Source: Guillardia theta CCMP2712
Lineage: Eukaryota; Protista; Cryptophyta
NCBI RefSeq assembly: GCF_000315625.1
Contig: NW_005434590.1
Coordinates: forward strand, 184,018 to 248,017
Direction of reading: 5' to 3'
Length of the DNA stretch: 64,000 nucleotides
A model generated the notes under the pieces. That model worked only from the letters and a program-made list of their open reading frames with translations, made no database searches and was not told where the DNA came from. Shown piece by piece: positions 1-11,227 of this stretch. How positions within the stretch are numbered: position 1 is the first letter of the stretch; every line of letters begins with the position of its first letter. Made by a program: the position numbers and the translations under genes.

Positions 1-870
1 GTTGATCAAGGAGTTGATGTGGTGGATCTTCGGAACTGGCTCCATCTTCTTCAACACCATCTCGGTCAAGCACATGGCCGCCTCCTCTATGAAGACATCA
101 TTCTCCAACAGAGCGTAGAAGGCGGGAACAAACTTGTCGTTCATGATCAATCCAATGTCAATCCAGTGAATGTACCTAGAGATAGAGGACAAACAAGACT
201 TGACAAGCCCTGGCTCACTCTGATAGAACTCCCGCAAGATAATGTACCATGCGGACGCCATCTCATTGAGACATTGTACCCTGAGTGCATCCTTCACTCT
301 CATGCTGACTGCAGCGTCGGCGGGGGAACGGTGGAACTCGGAGTTGATGATCTCAGCATCGACAGCATCCTGCACTCGGAGAAACATGTCGATCACTGCT
401 ACCCCCGAGTTGAGAGCGGCAAGAAGACTCGTCAACGCCTCAGGCCATTGCTCCGGATAATCATTTCTGACCAAGATCGCATAAATCTGAGCGACTTTGT
501 TGAGGAGGAAAGGGGGTTGCGGTGGGCCAGCGGGACACGTCTCGAGGATCCATGAGACGAGAAACTTCTTCACTTCGCCCCTGTCCTGATCAGACAAGGT
601 TGCATACCGATGCTGGAGGACTTCTTCGAGAACCTTGAGTTGGATCACTTGACATAAGTGGAACAGAAACACCCGACACACCTGAAGGCACCAAAACTTG
701 ACTTGCTGGGCCGACGATCTCATCATGAGTCCACAAGCAAGATGCAAGGCCCCATCAGAGTTCTTAAGGCCGTCACAGTAATCTTGCGCCTGCTTTCGAA
801 GAGCTGCGTCGGAACTTTGATCATAGATACAGAGAACAGCCTTCTCTGCATCTTCATACTGATTGGTCAT
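1..870 (-). CDS. XPOT: Exportin-T (tRNA nuclear export receptor, Los1/PAUSED family), N-terminal part; gene runs off the left edge
   Basis: Hand translation: MTNQYEDAEKAVLCIYD...VKFWCLQ|VLEEVLQHRY...PFLLNKVAQIYAILVRNDYPEQWP...IDMFLRVQDAVDAEII...RVKDALRVQCLNEMASAWYIIL...ISRYIHWIDIGLIMNDKF...EEAAMCLTEMVLKKMEP. This matches exportin-T motifs (NK.AQ, YPxxWP, KD.MR, Y..WIDI.LI.N). A 48-nt GT-AG intron lies at 634-681. The gene is missing from the ORF track because it has no stop inside the window. Confidence 0.9.
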   Translation of the reverse strand, partial: MTNQYEDAEKAVLCIYDQSSDAALRKQAQDYCDGLKNSDGALHLACGLMMRSSAQQVKFWCLQVCRVFLFHLCQVIQLKVLEEVLQHRYATLSDQDRGEVKKFLVSWILETCPAGPPQPPFLLNKVAQIYAILVRNDYPEQWPEALTSLLAALNSGVAVIDMFLRVQDAVDAEIINSEFHRSPADAAVSMRVKDALRVQCLNEMASAWYIILREFYQSEPGLVKSCLSSISRYIHWIDIGLIMNDKFVPAFYALLENDVFIEEAAMCLTEMVLKKMEPVPKIHHINSLIN

Positions 871-2004
871 CTCAAGAGAAACTCACAAACTTGGGTTAGT
901 AAGGCTGAAGGATGCCTCCGGTGATTTCGGCCCCCGCTCTCTCCTTTCTCTGCGAAGCCTCTCAGTTCTCGCATATATTCCTCAACAACTCACGGGAACT
1001 CGGCGGGGGCGAAACTGTACAGAGATGTTCAGGCGCCAGCCTAGATCATGAAAGATTCGTGCGGCTCTTGTATCCTTGTGCAGCCATGAGCGTCCTATTC
1101 GTCTGCTGCCATCTTGAACAGAATTATCACTGATTATTTACCGCGAATGCATCGACAGAATTGAGGATGGGGGGATCTATGACTTCAATCAAGCCCAGAA
1201 CAGGGCAAGCATTTAACATTATTTGATGTTCTCGTGACGATCTAGCTCAAGTGTACATCATAGATCCTCGTCACATACCGCAAAGTCCTCCATCCTCCGA
1301 GTAACACGGAGTAAGGGATAATCGGGATTTACACAAGGGAAACATCCCCTCCGAGAGCAAAGAAACAACATGAGGGAGAGAACAATTACGCAGATCAAGT
1401 TAGACAGGTGTTTCAAAAAATATTAACAATGCGCGATGTCATTGAGCAAATAGAGTTTCCACAACATTCCACCTGTTGGAACAACTCCAAGCTCTTTCTG
1501 TTATCCGAATTTCTACAATGCTGATCTTCTCCCTTTTCTGCTTCCATGTTTCCTGCTGATCTCTCCACCTTTCCTCATGTCCTCTGGCGGTTCTTCTCCT
1601 CCCCATACTCCTTGTATCCTAAAACTGATTCTCCTTCCAGCCATTGTGGAGATGCGGCTGGGGTAGTTGTGGTTTTCGATGGGGTGGGGGTACACGATTT
1701 GTGGGGTGACTGGACTTTGGGGGACCACAACAGGGGGTACAAGGGTATGGGGGGTGTCAACTTGGGGGGCTCCAAGAAATAGGGTGGGATGTTGAGGGGT
1801 GGAATACCTTGGTGGCAGGGGGTTGATGATGTAGGTAGGTCATAAAACAGAAATACTTTTTGGGGTAGGGTTCCTTGATGAAGTGGGGTACTCCTTGATA
1901 GGAGGTAGAGGTGGGTGCGATCCCTACCACGGAAAGGGTGGGGTCATTTCCAAATACTTTCAGGTTGCCATCAAAGGGGTAGGGTGGGGATGAGCGTGAG
2001 AATC

Positions 2005-2123
2005 AAAAAAAGAAAGAAAGAAAGAGAAAGAAAGAGAAAGAAAGAGAAAGAAAGAAAGAGAAAGAAAAAGAAAGAAAGAAAGAGAAAGAAAGAAAGAAAG
2101 AACGGGAGTCGGAAAGAAAGAAG
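2005..2123 (+). repeat. (GAAA/GAGAAA)n purine microsatellite
   Basis: Directly visible. Confidence 0.9.
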
Positions 2124-2129
2124 AACCGT

Positions 2130-2600
2130 TGAACTGAACTTCGGAACTTGCCTCTGAAACTCGCTGACAGTGAGCTGACTCAGTGAGGCTCAGCCGGGCT
2201 TGAGCAAGCCGGGGCGGCCTGGACCGTCTGGGGCCCCACCGTCTCAGTGCCAGCTAGCACCGTGACTGCAAGTGGCGGGCGGCGAGGCCCCGGTTCGCGC
2301 GGCGTGACGGTGGCCCCGCGGCCGGCGGCCCGAGTTCGCGGCGGCCGCCCGGCCGCACAACACTGAGCGGCGGCGCCGGCGGCATAGGGCCAGCGCCCAG
2401 CACCCGGTTCAACGATTCAACCCGCCCCCGCTCCGACCGGGTTTACCGTGCTACACTGCCACCGGCGACACTGAATCATGCGGCCGCTACGCAGTGCGGC
2501 CGCGCAGTGCGGCGGCCGCCCCGGCAATCCGATCACCGGCGGCCCCGGCGCCGCCCGGCCGGCCGGGCCGGGCCCGGCCGCATCGCAGTGTTGGTTTTAT
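2130..2600. repeat. CCGG/GGCC-rich GC block (dispersed intergenic family, copy 1)
   Basis: Very high GC and CpG content with short palindromes. Carries AACTTCGGAACTT and CGGTTCAACGATTCAACCC, related to motifs in other copies. Confidence 0.65.
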
Positions 2601-3103
2601 AGTCCGTTACAGCACAACGGAAAAATGTAAGGATGGCAGGGAGGGAACAAGATGGAGGGAGCATGTACTGGGACTTGAAAGGAGGAGAAGGATATAAGAA
2701 TGATGAGCAGAATAAGATGATTTGGAGGTGGGAGATGTTGAGGCAAGGAGAAGAGAGAACAGCAGAGGATGAAGGTGAAGAGGTAGAGAGGAAGGATTGG
2801 GTCACGAGGATTGACATTGTGTGCCGAAAAGCAAAAGTATGTGGCAAGGAGAACACAAAAGTGGCAGTAGACGAGCATAAATAGAAATTAGGACGTGAAT
2901 GAAGGAGACATTGCAGTGTGGATATAGTTCGATGATTTTACGTTGGAGAGAGCAAGGAAGTGAGAAAGATAGAGATCGAACTTGAGTGGAGGATTAGCTG
3001 AGAGAATTTGATATTTGTTGTCAAAGCAATCAATGACTCTGGTATCAGCAGATAACGACTGCACCAAAACAACAAGTGGCTCCGAACATCAACCCCTGAA
3101 AAA

Positions 3104-4123
3104 ATGTCCGACAAGATTGCAGATCATTATTCAATTTTGGGTCTTACTTTCGGCGCAAGTCCGGAAGAAGTTAAGAGCGCTCACAAGAAGCTTGCTTTGA
3201 AATACCATCCAGATAAGAACAAAGGAGATGAGAATACGGCAAAGCTTTTCATGCAGATCCAAGAGGCCTATCAAGCTCTGTCTGATGAGAAAGTAAGAGA
3301 GGCTTACGATGCGATGGTTCGCGCGAAGAAGCAGCGAGAAGCGAAAATCAATGAGATGGACAAGAAGCGGAAAGCCGACGTGAATGCTCTCCTTGAAAGG
3401 GAACGTCTGGCAAAAGAACGTAGGACGGATGATGTTGCAACGGCAGAGAGCAAGTACATGAAGGAGCTAACCAGAATGCGGGAGAAGAACAAGAAGATTA
3501 TCGAGGAGGCTGAGGCAAAGAGGAGGGCAGAGAATGAGCGCAAGGTAGAAGCCATCCATGAAGCCTTCCAATCGAAGGCAGACAAGGAACAATCGAAGAA
3601 GGACCAGCTCGAAGAATCCCAGAGGACTCTCAAAGTGAAATGGGTCAAGAAGTATGGCATAACGACAGAGTTATTGTCCAAGATCTTTGGTGTGTACGGA
3701 GAGGTAGACAAAGCTGTGGCAGGCAAGAAGTCAGGGCTGGTGGTCTTCAAGGAAAACGCGGCTGCAGCCAACGCGTCGCATGCTCTGAAAGCAGGAAGCG
3801 TCGAAGAGGCTAAGGATTTTGGGATCTCGGTGGAGTGGTTGAACGAGGGGGAGGCAACTGCAGGAGACACGGGAAGAGACGACCCCAGCAGCGTCCCAGC
3901 AGAATCCTCAAATCAACCCCCCGCCACCCACATGAACGGCAACAACGCGGAAGGCATCGGGAGTCAGATGCCAAGTTTCTCGAGTTTCGATCCGAATGCC
4001 GGGGCTGCGGACAGCAACCTCCTAACGCACAGAGACTACGAGTCCTTGACCTTGATGAGAATGCGTCAAGCGGCAGAACGGCAGCGGTTGGCGGCACAAC
4101 TGGCCGCTGAAGACGGAGAGTAG
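3104..4123 (+). CDS. DNAJC17: DnaJ homolog subfamily C member 17 (J-domain + RRM; spliceosomal Cwf23-like)
   Basis: Intronless 339-aa ORF with a J-domain (KYHPDKN), coiled coil, RRM-like segment (TLKVKW...LSKIFGVYGEVD) and the DNAJC17-type C-terminus RDYESLTLMRMRQAAERQRL. Confidence 0.92.
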   Translation: MSDKIADHYSILGLTFGASPEEVKSAHKKLALKYHPDKNKGDENTAKLFMQIQEAYQALSDEKVREAYDAMVRAKKQREAKINEMDKKRKADVNALLERERLAKERRTDDVATAESKYMKELTRMREKNKKIIEEAEAKRRAENERKVEAIHEAFQSKADKEQSKKDQLEESQRTLKVKWVKKYGITTELLSKIFGVYGEVDKAVAGKKSGLVVFKENAAAANASHALKAGSVEEAKDFGISVEWLNEGEATAGDTGRDDPSSVPAESSNQPPATHMNGNNAEGIGSQMPSFSSFDPNAGAADSNLLTHRDYESLTLMRMRQAAERQRLAAQLAAEDGE

Positions 4124-4897
4124 CCTTATATTCGAATGAAGGGTCTCGATTTCATCTTTGCAAGATTTGTTTATTGGCCGTGGTCGATTTCCATTCAATG
4201 CTCACGTGCTCTGGCTCAACGGGTGATATCGAATCTCTTCCATTTCAATGTCTTATTTGCAATATTCGTGCTAATATCTTCACACCGTTCCACCTGTTCC
4301 ACTAGACAGGCTCTATTGCAGTCCTTTCAATGATTTCTTTCGTCTTATCCCTGTCGTGCCCAATTTTTCTCTGACTTGAGTGGGGTCTTGACTTATTATT
4401 TTCCTCCTCTTCTACTACCAGCCATGACTTGATTAATCTCTTCCGTACACAAACAAGGCTGGCTAACGCTGTCAGTGGAGAGCAGAGGTCAAACGATTTA
4501 ATATGTCGAGAGCGGGAGAACAGGTAAAACAAGTACAAGAATATGGCAGGGAGCGTGATCTAAGAATGTGAGTGGAACACGGTTTTCCATAAAATGATGC
4601 GAGCAAGTTCGACAACAAAGATCAAAGAAGCCTCTGGTATCCGAAGATTGTGCTGGTGTTCAACATGGCAACTGAATGGCAGCATGGTAACAAGGCAAGG
4701 AACGGCATTATCATGAGCGTGTGAAAAACGAAGCAGGAAAGCGCGCAAAAGCCAAGGTACCCGGGATACACTGCTGTGGAACATTGAGAGCAAAATAGCA
4801 TCGTTGCATGCTGTGGCTACAGGTGGGCTGCTGGCATGAAATCTTTCGAAGCTCTTCTAGCATCAGGAGCCACCTTTCCTCTGCTGCAGGAACATAG

Positions 4898-4943
4898 GCA
4901 GGAGAACAGCAGGAGAACAGCAGGAGAACAGCAGGAGAACAGC
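4898..4943 (+). repeat. 11-bp tandem repeat (GCAGGAGAACA) x4
   Basis: Directly visible. Confidence 0.9.
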
Positions 4944-5526
4944 TTCAAGGAGTGTTATTATTAAAGGATGTTAGTAGGACAAGACTGCTAGCTAGCCTCC
5001 CTGTCCTGCTTGTTTGACTACCTTCACCCGGTACCCCCCCATTTGTTCTTCCGACCCCTGCCGACACACAAGAAATCGTGAATATCCTTCACACACCCCC
5101 TCTTATCCCCCTTGCTTTCTGCTCAAGACCACCCCTCCGAGACCACCCCTTGCCTTGTGTACCCCACTGATTTCGCACCCGCATCCCCCGATGAAATGGA
5201 GGCTGGCTGGCCCTACTCCGATATCCACGAAAAGAGGTGTTTTCAAACGACCCTTTCCATCTCCTGGTAGTAAGTAAGTACGAGATACCGGCCGATTGTA
5301 GGCCCGGGGTCGCATAGCCGGCCAAGGCTGCTGACTGCACCTAGCGATGGTGGAAGGGAGCGAGACGAAAGTGAGGAGTGAGAGGAGTGAGAGGAGCGAA
5401 GCGTGAGAGGAAGAGTACAAGTTCAGTGAAAACAAGACATACAACATGATCTGCGAGAACGCGGTAATGGACACTAAGCATCTTGAGACTGTGCCAGCAA
5501 ATCAGGGGTCACCGTCGGTTGGAAGG

Positions 5527-8500
5527 ATGAAGATTTCTGCAAACGGTGGGACCATACTCCACGTAGACGAGGTAATCACCCAAACCTGATGCTTTTGTAT
5601 GTGTATCAGCTTTGCTCCTATGCATCGTCGTTTCTAGCATGAAAGTTGCCTCTGAATGTCACACCATAAACTCAAAATCACTCAATTTGATTTTTAACAG
5701 TGCTCTGATGCAGAGCAACTAGTGACAAACTTTGCTTTTGTTCAGGCATTCTGTCGGTTGGTTGGCCGCCAACGAGATACAATTGTTGATCATAGCCTGA
5801 AGACACTCGACTTTTTCATGTCCATCCAAGATGGCGACGAACGCGTTTCTGAGAAGCTCAATTTGTTTCTGTCTGAAATGGAGTCAAATCCAAGGTGTAT
5901 GACATTCGGTGAGACAAGCTGATAGATCAGACGAGACATGGATTCTGATCATCGGTACTTCTTGCAGGCGTGAAAGTTCTGAGTCAGAATGCGGAGGATG
6001 ATCTGTGTATGCAGATTTCAATGGTGATATATTTCTTGCCATTGTTCACTTTCCCCCCAACTTATCAGACATCAGCAGTCGGAAACAGGTCAAAACATAT
6101 GTAATGTTCTTCATTGTCTGCTATTGAGACCTGGTATAAGCTGTTTTTGTATCGTTTCTTCTTTGATTGACATGATCAACATAGAACGAAAGCACTTCGA
6201 CAAGCTTTGGTTTACAGATACAGCTGCACAAGTGCTGGTTTCCAACCACAAGATTTTGAAGGTGAACGAAAAGTGGAAGCAAAGTTTTCTGTTCGAAGAG
6301 AAAGAAGCTCTCAATCGCAGCTTGAAAATCATGGAGGGGCCTCTCTCACAGAAGTCCAACATCCTTGAATTGCAAGAGGCATCCCTGGCTGGGATGAAGT
6401 TGCAGAGGACTGTGACGCTCTACTGCCGAGATGGCTCTCCTCAAGTGACGGTTGTTGAGGTCAAACCTGTACTGAGTGACAAGAGGTTCGAAGGAAATGC
6501 GCTAAGCATTTGGCAAATGAAAACAAGCTGCGCTGTAATGGAGAAAGATTTCTGTTTCTCGCAGGATGTCGCGCAGGTCATTACAGAGGTTCAAAGTCCG
6601 TTTCGTATCGTCAAAGCAAACAAAATGTGGTGTGAGAGATGTGAATTTACAGGAGATGAGATCATCGGCAAGACGTTGGAGATCATTCAAGGACCGTCAA
6701 CCAGCAGGGATACCTTGTCTGCTCTCTCAGCTTCTATTTCCCAAGGGGTTGGTTTCAAAACCACCCTCGTAAACTACACCAAGTCCAAGGTGCCGATTCT
6801 CAACCAACTTGATATCTTCCCACTGCTGTGTGATAAGAGCGGGTTTCCGTCTCACTTTGTCGGGAATATGGAGATATCTTGCCACCCTGATTTCCAGGAG
6901 ATAGAGAAGTCTCCATACCCGTGTTCTATTGTTCTAGCAGACTATCCTCATAAGGTGGTAGTCAGCAATTCTTTGTGGCAACAATGCAATGTCCTGCAAA
7001 GTGTCAAGCAAGTTCATTTGAGGGAATCGAAATCAGAAGACGGAAAGGAAGAACACAGTTCAGTTGAGACAGTATTTGTGACAGAAGATTTAAAGCGATT
7101 TGTCACTCGAGCTCGCATCCTCAACCTGAACAAGTATGGCAGCAACCTCGTCACCCACTACGTCCTGGTATTCGAACATTGGGGTGATGACAAGCAGAAC
7201 ATTACTTCTCCCTGTGTCGCATCTCGTGAGGATCAGGTTACCATCCAGGAAGATGGGTCCGTGCGACTTATCATTGGTAGAGAGGTCGTCGAGCACTCCA
7301 ACATTGAAGCTTCCTTGCTAGATGAGTTGCTGTCTTGCAATCTGCTCGTAAGCTGGAATCTCATTGGAGATCATCTACATGTCGTTGTCCCTCCAAACAT
7401 TTTGAAGGATACGGTATCAAGCGACTGGTGCCATGAACTGGCTCGTGACTTGGGCAAGTGGTATTCATGGTGGATCAGGGTCTTGTGGCTGCATAGCATG
7501 TACAACAACGGAGAGATGGAAATCTCAGATTCCAACACGGCTAATGACTTTGACGTGCTCACAAACCAAGTCATGCGTGACTCAACTCAATTATCTCATG
7601 TTGATCTGGAATCAAAACGATTCTGTCATAGCACTGCTTGGGGAACCTTTTGGAAGGACTCGTACTTCTTCAAGCATCAAGTCAAAATCCAGATGTCTTC
7701 ACCAGTGTTGGAGGGACATGAAGAGATTCTTGAGAGCATGCAACGCCAAGGATATGTGTCTTCATGGGAACAAGAGGACGAAGCTCTTGACATATGTGTG
7801 AATGCCGCGCAAGTGCTGCAGGATTGTCAAGGAGTGCCATGGGTCTCTCAATGGAAAGTCGGCCTCGATAGGTGGGAAGGATGGTGGATTCATTTCTTGT
7901 GGCTGCATTACCGGCATGAAGACGTGAAGGAGTTGACTGCCATGTGCTTGCATCTCCTTGATGACCTGCAGCTCATGAAGGTGATTGAAAGCAAGAACGA
8001 GCCCATGTGTCTTGAGCAAGAAGCTGACGTACACGGGACCACCACTGACATCCAGATCTCCCCGGTTGGCCATGGCACGCTGCGCTTTCTTCATGAGGAG
8101 ATTCTCAAGCAGATCAATGCCATGGGATACTCCATTGAGTGGGAGTTCTCTGATGACGAATCAGAGCTCTTCATACGAGCGTCAACGGGGATCTTCCATC
8201 AAGCTGATTGCGCGTGGACAGCAACCTGGGCCAACGATCAAGCATCTGGAGATTGCTGGCTAGATCGCATCAAGTTCCTTGTTGGCTCTCAGAATCATCG
8301 GACGAGAAAATATGCTGTCTTGGACGAGTGTTCTGCCATCAGTGATACAGCGACAGACGCAAGAACGTTCATCATTCCCCGAGGAATACTGTTGCAAGAG
8401 AAGCGAGACCTTGGCCTCTCTCGGCTTTTTGAAAGAGGGCTCATTCTCGACTGGAGCTGGGAAACTGAAGAAACCATTCGTATTGTGGTTGGAAAGGACT

Positions 8501-8718
8501 TCTGGCAGAATCATTGCGACGCGTCTTTGTGGTGCAACAAGTGGATAAGTAAGTCGTACCCAAAGTATTCATGGGTGCCAGTATGGTTGTGTTTGCTGTG
8601 GATGATGAATGTGGATGAGGAGTTTGCCTCGGAGACGTCCTCATGGGAGAGAGAGACTGACCTAGAAGCCTGCCTGTGCTCCCTCATCCTTGATGGGCTG
8701 TATGTGTTCGATGAATGA
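5527..8718 (+). CDS. Multi-PAS (LOV-like) sensor protein with four C-terminal Trp-rich repeats
   Basis: Main exon is in the 6124-8718 ORF. PAS/PAC segments: ILKVNEKW...ALNRSLKIMEGP...TLYCRDGSP; FRIVKANKMWCERCEFTGDEIIGKTLEIIQGPST...LVNYTKSKVPILNQLDIFPL...HFVG; and a degenerate copy (PCSIVLADYPHKVVVSNSLW). Upstream short exons (ATG 5527, MKISANGGTILHVDE|AFCRLVGRQRDTIVDHSL) give another PAS start. The 5' structure is tentative. Confidence 0.75.
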
Positions 8719-8759
8719 TTGAATAAATGCTGAAAGACTCTTGCTCAGTTATAGTTCTG

Positions 8760-9330
8760 AGCCGTACACTACTGCGGCCGCACTATCGGATCGCGGGGCC
8801 CGGCTGCCACGGCTCAGGGGGAGTAGGCTAGCCTCACGGTACTCGGAACCGGGGGGCCCGGACCGACCCGACCAATTGGCCCAGCAGGCGTACTGCCGGC
8901 GCGGCCCGGCAACTGGCCCGGCGGCTCGGAGGCGCGGCGCGCCGGGGACCGTCCGATCCGGCGAGCCGAGTCCGCGCCGCCCGTAGCGGCGGCATCAGGT
9001 TCGTGACGCCGCGTCGGAGATCAGAGTCACGGTCAGCCCGGGCGCCCCGCCCCGGTCACTGCGGCACCGTAGTACTTTTAGGTTTGGTTCTCGCTGTCTT
9101 TTCTCTTCTCGCCGCCGTTTGGCCTGTGCGACAGTGTCAGGGTCAAGCCTCCTCGACTCTCCTGATTGTCCTCGTACTGATCTTTAACTTAACTTTGAGT
9201 AAAAAAACTACGGTGACAGTCACCGCCGCCGCAAAGTTCCGACTCCGGGTTCCGAAGTTCGGAGTTCGCGGCCGGGCCGGGCCCTTGCCACGGTTCAAGC
9301 GGGCCCGTTCCGAGTTCCGAAGTTTGCCTG
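8760..9330. repeat. CCGG/GGCC-rich GC block (copy 2)
   Basis: Same composition. Contains TTTAACTTAACTTTGAGTAAA (9183-9203) and repeated GTTCCGAAGTT. Confidence 0.65.
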
Positions 9331-9339
9331 GTAGACCCC

Positions 9340-10720
9340 ACATGTTCCCTACTAGAGGTGACATGTAGAGAGGGTGGGTGGTATAGAGCTGTGTCCGCAA
9401 CAACAAGGACTACCACCCCCTCTATACCCCCTTACCTGGGAACACAGTTGTGTTTACTGGTAAAGTGAGTACCCCTACGTCTGACTGCTAATGTTGGGGT
9501 AATATTTGGATTTCAGATCTTGCTTTGATTCCTGTCATTCTGAAGGTGGGTAGTGCAAAGAAGGGGTAGGGTCTACGGCATGACTCCAGGGTGGGGTAGA
9601 GTATTAGGAATTCAGCTACGAAAAATGTGGGTGGGGTAGTAGGATGTGATATGTGAATGGGTAGGGTATCGTTATCTAATGCTTCTACTTGGGGGTGGGT
9701 GGGGCTTGTACTGTATGAGAGAGAGTAGTCAGGTTTTGGGCCTTCAGGCAGGGGATCCACAATGAAGGGGTGGTGATATGACCCCCACCCTATCCATGTC
9801 ATCAAAAATGGTAATTCAAAGTACCCTTTTTTACTACCCCCTGAGCTAGGTACCCGTACAACAACAAACCACCCTCACACTGCAACCCATGTTCCTCGGT
9901 ACCCACCTATGCGCTTTACACACCAGTTGCAGCCTCCCTTTTGTAACCCCCATTTTTCCAATGAAGTACCCACCCGTTTATATACCCTGCTTCGAAAATA
10001 CTGTCGCAATGCAACCCCCCACCCTAATTTTACACCCCACCCCCGCCGTTTAGTGCAACCCGAAATCCCTTGTACCCCTTGACTCCTAAACTGCTTCCAC
10101 CCTTTCCGTTTCTGCCCTACCCCCCTCGTACCTACACCTACCCCTTGTGTCACATGATGTACCCCATTTGTTCCCTCCTTGAGTTGGTACAAGTAGGTAG
10201 GGCTCATTTTGCTACCGGTCTGAAACGGACCCTACCTACAAACTCCTTTTCGGAACCCATTAATTCTGATCACCCCCTATAAAGTATCGAGCAGGTAATC
10301 ATCCATGAAAGGTGGGTACATATCTCTTTGAGTGGGTCCTTCATACTTCCCTGGTGGCCATATTTTATTTTTTGAAGTGATATATATGGGAAAAGGAGGG
10401 GTAAATTTTAATTGCAAGGGGTACAAAAGTATGGGGGTGGGTCACATAGGGATAGAGTAGGGTTATATTTTGAGGTCGATCAAGCCGAGGGGTCCAAAGG
10501 CTTACCGGTACACCCCCACCCCATGTTTGAAACACCTATCCTAATAGTTAGTACCCCCAGTTACATGTCTATTTCCCCTACCCTACCCAATTACAGACTA
10601 CCCCTTCCTGACATCTATCACCCCCTTTGGTGGTATCACCCCACCCCAAATGGAACTAAACCCCCCTACCCCTACCCCCAACTAAAGTGTTTCGCCGCCC
10701 CCAGATCAGGACAAACCCCA
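9340..10720. promoter_or_regulatory. GGGT/ACCC-rich upstream block (largest example; similar blocks at ~1660-1990, 5030-5270, 19500-20640, 28960-29700, 34750-35100, 41220-41980, 49780-50150, 55680-56470)
   Basis: Non-coding, dense G3-G6/C3-C6 runs mostly in GGGT/GGGTA/TACCC context, found upstream of gene starts. A regulatory role is inferred from position only. Confidence 0.45.
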
Positions 10721-11227
10721 TGGCCGAAATGCCGAACAAGAGCCAACCGGTGAGGCAAGGAGAGGAGGGAGGAGGAGGGAGGGGAGGATTGAGAGGCCAG
10801 ATACATCAGAGAGATGCGAAGAGTGAAGTTAGGAAGACAGGAGAGATCGAGATATGAAGAAGGAGCATCAGAGAAAATGGAGCGAATTTCATGCTGGTTA
10901 CCAATGAAGGCAGTTATAATCTGCTTGAGGTAGAAGACAGTAGATGCAGCGCTCGCTTTGAAAACTATCGCGAAATGGAAATTCAATTCGTATGTTAAGG
11001 TGCAAAGCATTACTTGTTCACACTTAAAACTGCAAGATTGGCCAGTGAAAGAGATTGTCTGTATGTTGGTTTGTACCCCAGGATCAGATGCATTTCGTCT
11101 ATAAAGCTGTTCAATTGATTCGTGGTGCCAAGTTCGAGCACGCCATATTCTTGTTAGCACATCGTGTAGCTAGAGCACTTGCATGCATGAGAGAAAAAGA
11201 TGCGTTGATGTTGACTTGTTTTACAAG

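Noticed and set aside
19-555. Plus-strand 178-aa ORF
   Set aside because: It is the antisense shadow of exportin-T, whose conserved motifs are on the minus strand.
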